Shown: piece by piece, positions 15,718-23,293 of the stretch
How positions within the stretch are numbered: position 1 is the stretch's first letter
Layout of the letters: each line of letters begins with the position of its first letter
Origin: Deltaproteobacteria bacterium
Lineage (GTDB): Bacteria; Desulfobacterota; GWC2-55-46
Direction: 5' to 3'
NCBI GenBank assembly: GCA_038043305.1
Contig: JBBTCG010000069.1
Span: 1-35,174, forward strand
Length of the DNA: 35,174 nt
Translations under genes and position numbers: made by a program
The notes under the pieces: model-generated
What the model saw: only the letters and a program-made list of their open reading frames with translations
Databases searched by the model: none
What the model was told of the DNA's origin: nothing

Positions 15718-16366
15718 TCTTCCGTATCCTCACTTCAATCTCATCCGCCTTTGAACAGCCTTTAAGGCTTTTTATCATCCCTGAAATCCCGTCTTTCAGG
15801 AGGTTTGCTATGAAAGGTTTTAGCGTTACAGCTGAGCCGTTAACGATAAGCGAGACCTCTTGCGGGTGATGTGTTTTGATAACCTTTTTATCAATAAAAT
15901 CAGCCAACCCTTTGAAGTCATTAAGCTTAAACAGCGGCAAATCGGTCTTGATTTTTACGTTTGTCGCGTAAGCGAGTAATCGGAGGTCAAGGCCGCACAC
16001 GCTTTCTTTAGAGTGCGCCGCTCGAACGACCTCAATCTTGGGGAATGCCCCTCTCTTGTAGCCCTCCGTAATAACGATATCCGCGTCTTGAAGGAAGGTC
16101 TCGATAATCCTTTCAGGCGGCCATTCGCTCACTACGTCTTTTATGACCGCAAATTTAGCTGGACTCGATATGGCGACGCTTGATGCACCTGCCTGTTTGT
16201 GTCTCCACGAGTCCTTGCCCTTATGATCAATGGAAAACCCGTGGGCGTCGTGTTTTATTGTGGCGACGCGATGACCCCTGCTACAAAGCTCCGCTATTAT
16301 CTTTGTAACGAGCGTGGTCTTGCCGCTGCCTGATGTGCCGACGATGGATACGACCGGGACGGTCAT
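15710..16366 (-). CDS. mobB: Molybdopterin-guanine dinucleotide biosynthesis adapter MobB with a ~50-aa C-terminal extension
   Basis: IVGTSGSGKTTLVTKII Walker A, then ATIKHDAHGFSIDHKGKDSWRHKQAGA. Confidence 0.85.
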   Translation of the reverse strand: MTVPVVSIVGTSGSGKTTLVTKIIAELCSRGHRVATIKHDAHGFSIDHKGKDSWRHKQAGASSVAISSPAKFAVIKDVVSEWPPERIIETFLQDADIVITEGYKRGAFPKIEVVRAAHSKESVCGLDLRLLAYATNVKIKTDLPLFKLNDFKGLADFIDKKVIKTHHPQEVSLIVNGSAVTLKPFIANLLKDGISGMIKSLKGCSKADEIEVRIRKND

Positions 16367-16388
16367 GCGATTAAAACCTCTTGCCGTT

Positions 16389-16613
16389 CTATTTAGTTGT
16401 TTCTTCTATCGCCTTTTTTTCAGCCTCGGCACGTGCCTCGGTTGCAGCCCTTGCGGCCCTGGCCTTTTCAGGGGCGGTAACGAGGGTGGTGGTGTAGTTA
16501 TCAATTATCTCTTTTGTGGATTGCTGCTCTTCTTCCTTTTTCTTTTCAGAGGAACATGCCCAAAGCGCAAGAGAAAGGGTCAGACAGGCGAATAAAAGAC
16601 ATTTTCGCGCCAT
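16389..16613 (-). CDS. Small charged lipoprotein
   Basis: MARKCLLFACLTLSLALWA-C lipobox, followed by a Lys/Glu/Ala-rich tail. Confidence 0.55.
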   Translation of the reverse strand: MARKCLLFACLTLSLALWACSSEKKKEEEQQSTKEIIDNYTTTLVTAPEKARAARAATEARAEAEKKAIEETTK

Positions 16614-16732
16614 AACCGGAGACCTCCTTTATATGGCTTATGTATACAATATACTACGCGCCTTGCGCCGATGCAAACGTTTCGTAGGGCAAGACTCGCT
16701 CCTTGCGGTTTTTCCCTGCAGCGTGTATCATA

Positions 16733-18154
16733 ATGCACATGTTGAATCAGGAACTTTTAAGGGCGCTCCCTTCGGTTGACGAGGTATTGAAAGCGGCAAG
16801 GCTTGAGTCTGAATTCAGCAGTTTGAGCGGAGCGCTTTTCACATGCACGGTGCGAATGGTCTTAGGCGAGGCGCGTTTGAAGATAATCTCCGGCCAGTGG
16901 TTGCCGCCGTCCATTGAAGATATAATCGTCATGGTAATGGAAAGGTATGCCGTGGAATCAAAGCCATCTCTTTGCAAGGTCATAAACGCGACAGGCACCG
17001 TGCTTCATACGAACATCGGCAGGGCCGTGTTGAGCGTCGAGGCTCAAGAGGCGGTTTTATCGGCTTCGCGCGGCAACGTGAATATCGAATTGGATATTTC
17101 CACGGGCGAGCGTTCCGACAGGGACTGCCACGTGGAGCGTCTTATAACCCGGCTCACATCAGCCGAAGCCGCTACCGTGGTCAACAACAACGCCGCCGCC
17201 GTAGTGCTTGCGCTCAGTACCCTTGCACAGGGCAGGGAGGTAATAGTATCAAGGGGCGAACTTGTCGAGATTGGCGCCTCCTTCAGGCTCGCGGAGATAA
17301 TTGAAAAGAGCGGGGCGGTACTCAGGGAGGTCGGCTCAACCAACAGAACGAGGCTTGCGGATTACGAAGCGGCGATTAACGGCAATACCGCGCTCCTGTT
17401 CAAGGCGCACACGAGCAACTACAAGGTTGTCGGATTCACGTCCGAGGTAACTCTAAAGGAACTTCATAAACTTGGCAAGGCAAAAGGTTTGCCGGTCGTG
17501 TATGACCTTGGCAGCGGGTCATTGATTGATCTGTCAGGCTTTGGACTTCCAAAGGAGCCTCAAGCCTTGACAAGCATCGTAAGCGGCGCAGACGTGATAA
17601 CCTTTAGCGGGGATAAGCTCCTTGGCGGGCCGCAGGCCGGCATAATCGCCGGAAAGAAGGAGATTATAAGCAGGATACAAAACAACCCGCTAAAGCGCGC
17701 ACTCAGGGTTGACAAGCTCACAATGGCCGCGCTTGAGGCTACGTTGAGACTGTATCTTGAGCCGGAGAGCCTTAAAAGACGGCTGCCTGTCCTCAGATAT
17801 ATGACAAGACCGCTTGACGAGCTTGACGCAATGGCACAAAAGGCGGCCTCGCTCATCGCCAAGCGGCTCGGCGCTGGTTACACCGTCGTGGTTATTGACG
17901 ACCTTTCGACAATCGGCGGCGGCGCAATGCCCACTGAGACTTTGCGGACAAGGGTTGTGTCAATAACACATGACACCGAGAGTCCTCGGCATATATACAG
18001 ACGTTTTCTTGGGAGCCGCCCGCCGATACTGGGCAGGGTGGGGAAGGGCAGGTTTTTACTTGACCCAAGGTGCGTTGACTCTCCAGAAGAGCTTGTCCCG
18101 TCGTTTGACGTTGACAATAAACAGATAGATGAAAAGGGGAAGATTCCGACATGA
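16733..18154 (+). CDS. selA: L-seryl-tRNA(Sec) selenium transferase SelA
   Basis: LLRALPSVDEVL, INATGTVLHTNIGRA and the PLP-lysine motif FSGDKLLGGPQAG. ATG 16733 or 16739 is preferred to the track's start at 16703. Confidence 0.9.
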   Translation: MHMLNQELLRALPSVDEVLKAARLESEFSSLSGALFTCTVRMVLGEARLKIISGQWLPPSIEDIIVMVMERYAVESKPSLCKVINATGTVLHTNIGRAVLSVEAQEAVLSASRGNVNIELDISTGERSDRDCHVERLITRLTSAEAATVVNNNAAAVVLALSTLAQGREVIVSRGELVEIGASFRLAEIIEKSGAVLREVGSTNRTRLADYEAAINGNTALLFKAHTSNYKVVGFTSEVTLKELHKLGKAKGLPVVYDLGSGSLIDLSGFGLPKEPQALTSIVSGADVITFSGDKLLGGPQAGIIAGKKEIISRIQNNPLKRALRVDKLTMAALEATLRLYLEPESLKRRLPVLRYMTRPLDELDAMAQKAASLIAKRLGAGYTVVVIDDLSTIGGGAMPTETLRTRVVSITHDTESPRHIYRRFLGSRPPILGRVGKGRFLLDPRCVDSPEELVPSFDVDNKQIDEKGKIPT

Positions 18155-18606
18155 AACAACTGCTGAGTCAGTCGAGATACCTCATACTGATTGCCGTGGT
18201 CTCATCGGCGATTGCGGCATTGGCCGCCTTTATCTGGGGCGCGTACAAGACCGTCGTTGCCGTAGCGCACATCGCGTTAAGTTTCGGCTCAGAGGCTCAC
18301 GGAATAGGCGTTGAGCTTATATCCGTCATGGATACGTTCCTGATAGCCACGGCGCTTTATATATTCGCCGTCGGATTGTACGAGCTTTTCATCGGCAAGC
18401 TTGATCTGCCGGAGTGGCTTATAATCCATAACCTCCATGACCTCAAGGCCAAGCTCAGCGGGGTGATTATCCTTGTAATGGCCGTTACGTTCCTTGAGCA
18501 TCTCGTACAATGGAGGGACGCGCAGGCAACCATGATGTTCGGCATTAGCATCGGCGTCGTTACCGCCGCCCTGATAGGCTTTTCACACTTCGGCGGCAAG
18601 GACTGA
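18151..18606 (+). CDS. YqhA/UPF0114-family inner-membrane protein
   Basis: SRYLILIAVVSSAIAALAAFIWGAYKT and three further TM segments. ATGA overlap with the selA stop. Confidence 0.65.
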   Translation: MKQLLSQSRYLILIAVVSSAIAALAAFIWGAYKTVVAVAHIALSFGSEAHGIGVELISVMDTFLIATALYIFAVGLYELFIGKLDLPEWLIIHNLHDLKAKLSGVIILVMAVTFLEHLVQWRDAQATMMFGISIGVVTAALIGFSHFGGKD

Positions 18607-18757
18607 CAGGCTGTAAGAAAAAGCCACAGCTGCTTTGTTGTCTTCGTCGCTCCTCACTGCGGCGCACAACCCCCGATAGAAACATTCGGGGGCAGGCTCC
18701 GTGCGCCTCATTCGTCGCTCCTCGACGCCGCGCATCTGTGACTTTTTGAGCAGCCTG
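18607..18757. repeat. Nested inverted-repeat element with an internal 13-nt direct repeat
   Basis: Outer arms are CAGGCTGTAAGAAAAAGCCACAG and CTGTGACTTTTTGAGCAGCCTG. The inner structure is GCGCAC..CCCCGA-tagaaacat-TCGGGG..GTGCGC. TTCGTCGCTCCTC occurs twice, flanking the core. Confidence 0.65.
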
Positions 18758-18796
18758 TATAAAATTTGGAGTTTTTCAACAGCCTAACAGGACTTT

Positions 18797-20704
18797 ATGG
18801 AAACGCACAAGACATCGCAGCCATCGTCAAATCCCAACGGCAAAGTACGCGCCTCCGACCTATTAAGGCCGCCCGCGATACAGCGTCAGGAGTCCCCTTT
18901 AAGGATGGTCATCATCGTTGCCTTTGCGATATTCATCGCAGAGGTGCTTTCCATGCTGACCATCCTGATACTGCCGCCCTTTCCCGATAAATGGATGGAG
19001 ATAGTATTCGACGCGCTTTTTCTTGTAACGCTCATCAGCCCGGTGCTCTATTACCTTGTCCTACAGCCGCTCCTGCTGCATCTCAGCGAAAGAAAACGGT
19101 TTGAGGCGTTCCTTGTGAAGTCAGCCGACGACCTTGAGCGCATTATCGCCGAACGCACAACGGAGTTAAAGGACGCCAACTCACAATTACTGAGTGAGGC
19201 CCCCCAACAAAAGGCGCTTCAGGAGGAGTACAAGACCATCCTCAGAACCGCGATGGACGGTTTTATTATCGTGGACAGGGACGGGCGCTTTACCGATATG
19301 AACGATGCCTACTGCCGCATCATAGGCTACGCAAGGGAAGAACTCCTGCGCATGGGTGTGTGGAACGTAGAGGCCGTGGAAGACCGTTCGGGCGTTCAAG
19401 CGCGTATGAAAAAGATCGCCGAGACAGGGAGCGACCGCTTTGAGACGAAGCACAAAAGGAAGGACGGCGTTGAGATTGACGTTGAGGTCAGCGTCAACTA
19501 CATGAACGTTGACAACGGTTGTTTTTTCAGCTTCATCCGCGACATAACGGGAAGAAAGCGCATGGATGCGGAGCTAATCGCGGCAAAGGCCGAGCTGGAA
19601 GGCAAGGTCGCCGAGCGTAAGCTTGAGTTGAGCGACGCCAATACGGAACTCATTTATCGTGCCACCAAGCTTGAATGCCTCAACTACGAAATAACCATGA
19701 TCCGCGAGGCCGGGGACGCCCTCAGTACTTGCATCAGCGCGGAGGAGGCGTATACGGTTATCGCGCAGCACGGAGGAAAGTGTTTCCCGGACGACTCCGG
19801 CGCTCTCTTCATAATGAATCCTTCAAAGAACATACTCGACGCCGTGAGCGTATGGGGTCCCAATCCGCCTGAGGAGAGCGTGTTCGTGCCAGAGGACTGT
19901 TGGGCTATACGGCGTGGGAAGAGGTATTCCGTAAACGGGCCGGGCGCCGGCGTAAGATGCGCGCATGTGAAGGAGGCCGGCTCATACCTGTGCGTGCCCA
20001 TGATAGCGCAGGGAGATATGATAGGGGTGCTGCATCTGTCGCTGGCCGATTCGGACGGCGCGTGCGTCCCTGATGAGCGGATGCAGGACAGGGAGCGGCT
20101 TTTGACCGGCCTGTCCGAACACGCCGAGCTTGAGCTTGCCAACATAAGATTGAGACAGACCCTTCGTAACCTTTCGATCCGCGATCCCCTTACCTCTCTT
20201 TTCAACAGGCGCTACATGGAGGAGTCCTTCGAGAAGGAGATACACAGGGCAAAGAGAAAGAACGTGCCGGTCGGGGTGCTGATGCTCGACCTGGACCATT
20301 TTAAGGACTACAACGACACATTCGGGCATGAAGCCGGGGACATGCTCCTCCGTGAATTGGGCGTGATACTTCAGGGCAACATACGCGCAAGCGACATAGC
20401 CTGCCGCTACGGCGGAGAGGAGTTCACGGTGATACTGCCCGAGGCCGCCATTGATGTAACGTGCGGGAGGGGCGAGCAGATTAGACAGGCCGTCCGGCGA
20501 TTACAGTTGCTCTACGGCGGCAGGCCGCTCGGCGCGGTTACGGTATCAGTAGGCGCGGCGGTCTACCCGGAGCACGGGCTTAACGCAAGGGACGTGATCA
20601 ACGCCGCTGACGAGGCGCTGTACAAGGCCAAGGCCGAGGGGCGCGACAGGCTGGTTGTGGCCGAAAACGCGCTGGCCAAGGCAAGCAAAGAGTCAAGCGA
20701 TTGA
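18797..20704 (+). CDS. Membrane-anchored PAS-GAF-GGDEF diguanylate cyclase
   Basis: Two N-terminal TM segments, then a PAS region (ILRTAMDGFIIVDRDGRF..), then a GAF-like region. The GGDEF domain has an active GGEEF and an RxxD I-site (RASD) exactly 5 residues upstream. Confidence 0.85.
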   Translation: METHKTSQPSSNPNGKVRASDLLRPPAIQRQESPLRMVIIVAFAIFIAEVLSMLTILILPPFPDKWMEIVFDALFLVTLISPVLYYLVLQPLLLHLSERKRFEAFLVKSADDLERIIAERTTELKDANSQLLSEAPQQKALQEEYKTILRTAMDGFIIVDRDGRFTDMNDAYCRIIGYAREELLRMGVWNVEAVEDRSGVQARMKKIAETGSDRFETKHKRKDGVEIDVEVSVNYMNVDNGCFFSFIRDITGRKRMDAELIAAKAELEGKVAERKLELSDANTELIYRATKLECLNYEITMIREAGDALSTCISAEEAYTVIAQHGGKCFPDDSGALFIMNPSKNILDAVSVWGPNPPEESVFVPEDCWAIRRGKRYSVNGPGAGVRCAHVKEAGSYLCVPMIAQGDMIGVLHLSLADSDGACVPDERMQDRERLLTGLSEHAELELANIRLRQTLRNLSIRDPLTSLFNRRYMEESFEKEIHRAKRKNVPVGVLMLDLDHFKDYNDTFGHEAGDMLLRELGVILQGNIRASDIACRYGGEEFTVILPEAAIDVTCGRGEQIRQAVRRLQLLYGGRPLGAVTVSVGAAVYPEHGLNARDVINAADEALYKAKAEGRDRLVVAENALAKASKESSD

Positions 20705-20740
20705 GAGGTTAAGGCGCATGATTATCGGAACTGCAAGGAG

Positions 20741-21772
20741 GTGCATTTGACGAACATAGATAGCAATGTTACAGGTCTTCATCTTATCATGGGCTGGCAA
20801 TGCAACGCGAGATGCGTTATGTGCTATCAGACCGACTTCAGCACAAAGCACAATATGCCGCCCGTTATCTATCTTGAACACCTCGCGGGTTTGTATCCAT
20901 CGCTTAGGAACGTGAGGATCCAGGGCGGCGAGCCTACGATAATGCCGAATTGCGCAGAGTTCGCAAGACATATGCGTCAATTCAACGGTGTAAAGCTCGA
21001 TATAACGACCAACGGCATCCGCGTCAGCGACTTCTGGATGGATACGTTCATTAATCAGAGCAGCCGCATAAATTTTTCACTCAATGCCGCAAGCGCTGAG
21101 GCGTACGACATGATCGTCAAGCAAGGAAACTTCCGAAATGTCTTGAAAAATATCGAGATGCTTATAAAGGCGAGGCGCGGAGACAAACCCGTTGTTTCTA
21201 TATCTTCGGTAATCGTCGCGCATAATGCGCTGGAGCTCGCCGCCATTGTTGAGCTTGGAGATAAGCTCGGCGTGGATTTTATCGAGTATATCATTGACCC
21301 CATCTTGAGTTTCAACGGACTGCCTGAGCGCGGCGAGATGGTGCGTCAGCTTTCAAAGACGCAGGAAACGATAGATCGGCTCAAGATGCGCGTCGCGGGC
21401 CTTGACGTATTTGCGAGGAAGTTCGGCATGGATGTTTCCAAGTCGATCAGCCATAAGCCCAATAAGATATGCCCAGTGCCGTTCAATCATCTTCTCGTGG
21501 ACTTCAATGGGGACGTATTGGTCTGTTGCAGAACATGGAAGGTGATAGGCAACACCTACAAGGCGGGGATGGATGAGATATTGAAGGGAGCTAAATTGCG
21601 CGCCTTTCAGAAGAAGGTAACGAACAACGATTATATATGGTGCTCTCCGTGGTGCTATGATAACCCTGCCCCAAAGAGGTCGGCGATCATCAGCAAATAT
21701 CTGACCCTCATCAGGCAGGACCCGAAGTATTTTTTCAAGAAGGTATCGGCCAAATACAAGAAGATGCGATAG
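20741..21772 (+). CDS. Radical SAM enzyme with a C-terminal Cys-rich (SPASM/twitch-like) extension
   Basis: CNARCVMC (CxxxCxxC), GGEPT, and C-terminal CPVPF..GDVLVCC..WCSPWC. The start is ambiguous: GTG 20741 abuts the GGAG, while TTG 20747 has better spacing. Confidence 0.75.
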   Translation: MHLTNIDSNVTGLHLIMGWQCNARCVMCYQTDFSTKHNMPPVIYLEHLAGLYPSLRNVRIQGGEPTIMPNCAEFARHMRQFNGVKLDITTNGIRVSDFWMDTFINQSSRINFSLNAASAEAYDMIVKQGNFRNVLKNIEMLIKARRGDKPVVSISSVIVAHNALELAAIVELGDKLGVDFIEYIIDPILSFNGLPERGEMVRQLSKTQETIDRLKMRVAGLDVFARKFGMDVSKSISHKPNKICPVPFNHLLVDFNGDVLVCCRTWKVIGNTYKAGMDEILKGAKLRAFQKKVTNNDYIWCSPWCYDNPAPKRSAIISKYLTLIRQDPKYFFKKVSAKYKKMR

Positions 21773-21794
21773 GGGTATAGTGAGCCGTGAGTCC

Positions 21795-22661
21795 TCAGCC
21801 CTGCCTCGACAGTATTTGGGCCACGGCTTTTCTAATATCGCCGATCCTTGCAGGCTTAACGATGTATCTGATCCTGTTTTTTGAAAAGAAATCCCTGCGC
21901 TCGTCATCCGTTGAACCGGTGAAGAACAGGAATCGCTCCGAGATGGCGGGGTAGATCTTTACGGCTTCTTCATAGAGCCGCAGGCCGTTCATTACCGGCA
22001 TGTCAACGTCGCTTATGATGGCCGCGTAGTAGTTGGTCTTGAGTTTTTCGATGGCTTCCATGCCGTTTCGCGCAACGTCAATTGCGCCTTCATCATCCAG
22101 CAGCGCTGAAAGCATGTCCGTTATCATCGCGTAATCGTCCACGACAAGAATCTTTTCCTGCCACGCGATGGGCAGTTGGGTTATCTTTTTCAGGCAAACG
22201 CCGGCGTCAGGGAGCGATTGAAGATAACGCTCAATGAGCCTTTTATGCTGCTGCATCCTTGGCGGGACAGACTTGTATGCGCTGTCCCTGCGCGCAAGCG
22301 CATTGACGACATAAAGGAACAGGCCGTTCCATTCCGAAAATTCAGTTGCCACCAAGCACTCGATCATCCCGTTTTTTGACAGGCTGCCATCCATTATTTG
22401 TCGTTCGCACGACTCGAAGGCTGACGCGATCCCCGCCTTTGTTTCCTCGTCAAGGCGGATAAGCGGCACACCGGCGACGCTGAGTTCATCAATAATGCCG
22501 GACGCTCCTTTTAACGACTCAAGATGCATCCATTCGTCAGCGGCAAGCCGTTTTAAGAGCGTGGACACTTCGGCGTCATCGCTTAATATGGCCGCAGCCT
22601 GTTCATACGCGACGGCGGCGCGTTCTTCCATTTCCATGAGCCAGCCGCTTATTACTTTCAT
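21795..22661 (-). CDS. Response regulator: N-terminal ferritin/rubrerythrin-like helical domain plus a C-terminal receiver domain
   Basis: Receiver motifs are ILVVDD, IISDVDMPVMNG and YIVKP. The N-terminus has ERAAVAYEQAA...LLKRLAADEWMH, an E..ExxH half-site. A GAGGAGG SD is present. Confidence 0.75.
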   Translation of the reverse strand: MKVISGWLMEMEERAAVAYEQAAAILSDDAEVSTLLKRLAADEWMHLESLKGASGIIDELSVAGVPLIRLDEETKAGIASAFESCERQIMDGSLSKNGMIECLVATEFSEWNGLFLYVVNALARRDSAYKSVPPRMQQHKRLIERYLQSLPDAGVCLKKITQLPIAWQEKILVVDDYAMITDMLSALLDDEGAIDVARNGMEAIEKLKTNYYAAIISDVDMPVMNGLRLYEEAVKIYPAISERFLFFTGSTDDERRDFFSKNRIRYIVKPARIGDIRKAVAQILSRQG

Positions 22662-22691
22662 TTGACGTAAACCTCCTCTAACGATGCCAGC

Positions 22692-22958
22692 CTACTTTAG
22701 CGCCTCTTTAACCTCTTTTTTGATCACCCCGCCGGTCTCTTTGGCCGCCTCTTTTGCGTCAGCGCCGGCCTTTCGTACCTTTGGGTCTTTAACCGCTGAT
22801 TTCACAGCCCTGCCGGTCTGTTGTGCGGCCTCTTTGATTTCTTTAGCGGCCTTTTTTGCGTCCTTCCCAATCGTCGAATCCTCCGCATAAGAGTGTATTG
22901 AGCCCGTCATTACAATGCTGCTTATGATAAACAGGATTAAGAATAGACATTTTTTCAT
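22692..22958 (-). CDS. Small secreted Lys/Ala-rich protein
   Basis: Signal peptide MKKCLFLILFIISSIVMTGSIHSYA. The mature part is repetitive (KDAKKAAKEIKEAAQQTG / ADAKEAAKETGGVIKKEVKEALK). An AGGAG SD is present. It lies 30 nt upstream of the response regulator on the same strand. Confidence 0.6.
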   Translation of the reverse strand: MKKCLFLILFIISSIVMTGSIHSYAEDSTIGKDAKKAAKEIKEAAQQTGRAVKSAVKDPKVRKAGADAKEAAKETGGVIKKEVKEALK

Positions 22959-23068
22959 TGTGAACTCCTATAATATAAGCATATCATATTTGATAACTCA
23001 TCTTCACCGGTTTTCTTTGCTCGGCCCATGCTTGGCATAGGTGCCCCGCTTTTTACCTGAAAAGCAGC

Positions 23069-23165
23069 AAGGGTACTCGCCGTACGGGCAAAATAAATTT
23101 TCGTCAGCCTTGGTGTCTATTCCCTATTAAAATTTTTTGGCCTACCTTTTTTTCAAAAAAGGGTG
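23069..23165 (-). repeat. Dispersed ~100-bp hairpin-headed repeat, copy C (tandem with D)
   Basis: The reverse complement reads CACCCTTTTTTGAAAAAAAGGTAGGCCAAAAAATTTTAATAGGGAATAGACACCAAGGCTGACGAAAATTTATTTTGCCCGTACGGCGAGTACCCTT. Confidence 0.85.
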
Positions 23166-23260
23166 CTTGCCGCACGGGCAATATGAGTTTTCGTCAGCCC
23201 GGATGTCTATTCACTATTAAAAGTTTTTCAACTCACCTTTTTTACAAAAAAGGTGAGTTG
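23159..23260 (-). repeat. Dispersed ~100-bp hairpin-headed repeat, copy D
   Basis: The reverse complement reads CAACTCACCTTTTTTGTAAAAAAGGTGAGTTGAAAAACTTTTAATAGTGAATAGACATCCGGGCTGACGAAAACTCATATTGCCCGTGCGGCAAGCACCCTT. Its 3' end forms the left hairpin arm of copy C. Confidence 0.85.
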
Positions 23261-23293
23261 ATTTTCAGGCCGATTCAAACTACACTCTTGCAT

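Noticed and set aside
21353-21907. 184-aa minus-strand ORF spanning the end of the radical SAM gene
   Set aside because: It is antisense to the radical SAM C-terminal Cys-rich domain and overlaps the response-regulator 3' end. It has no SD or motifs.
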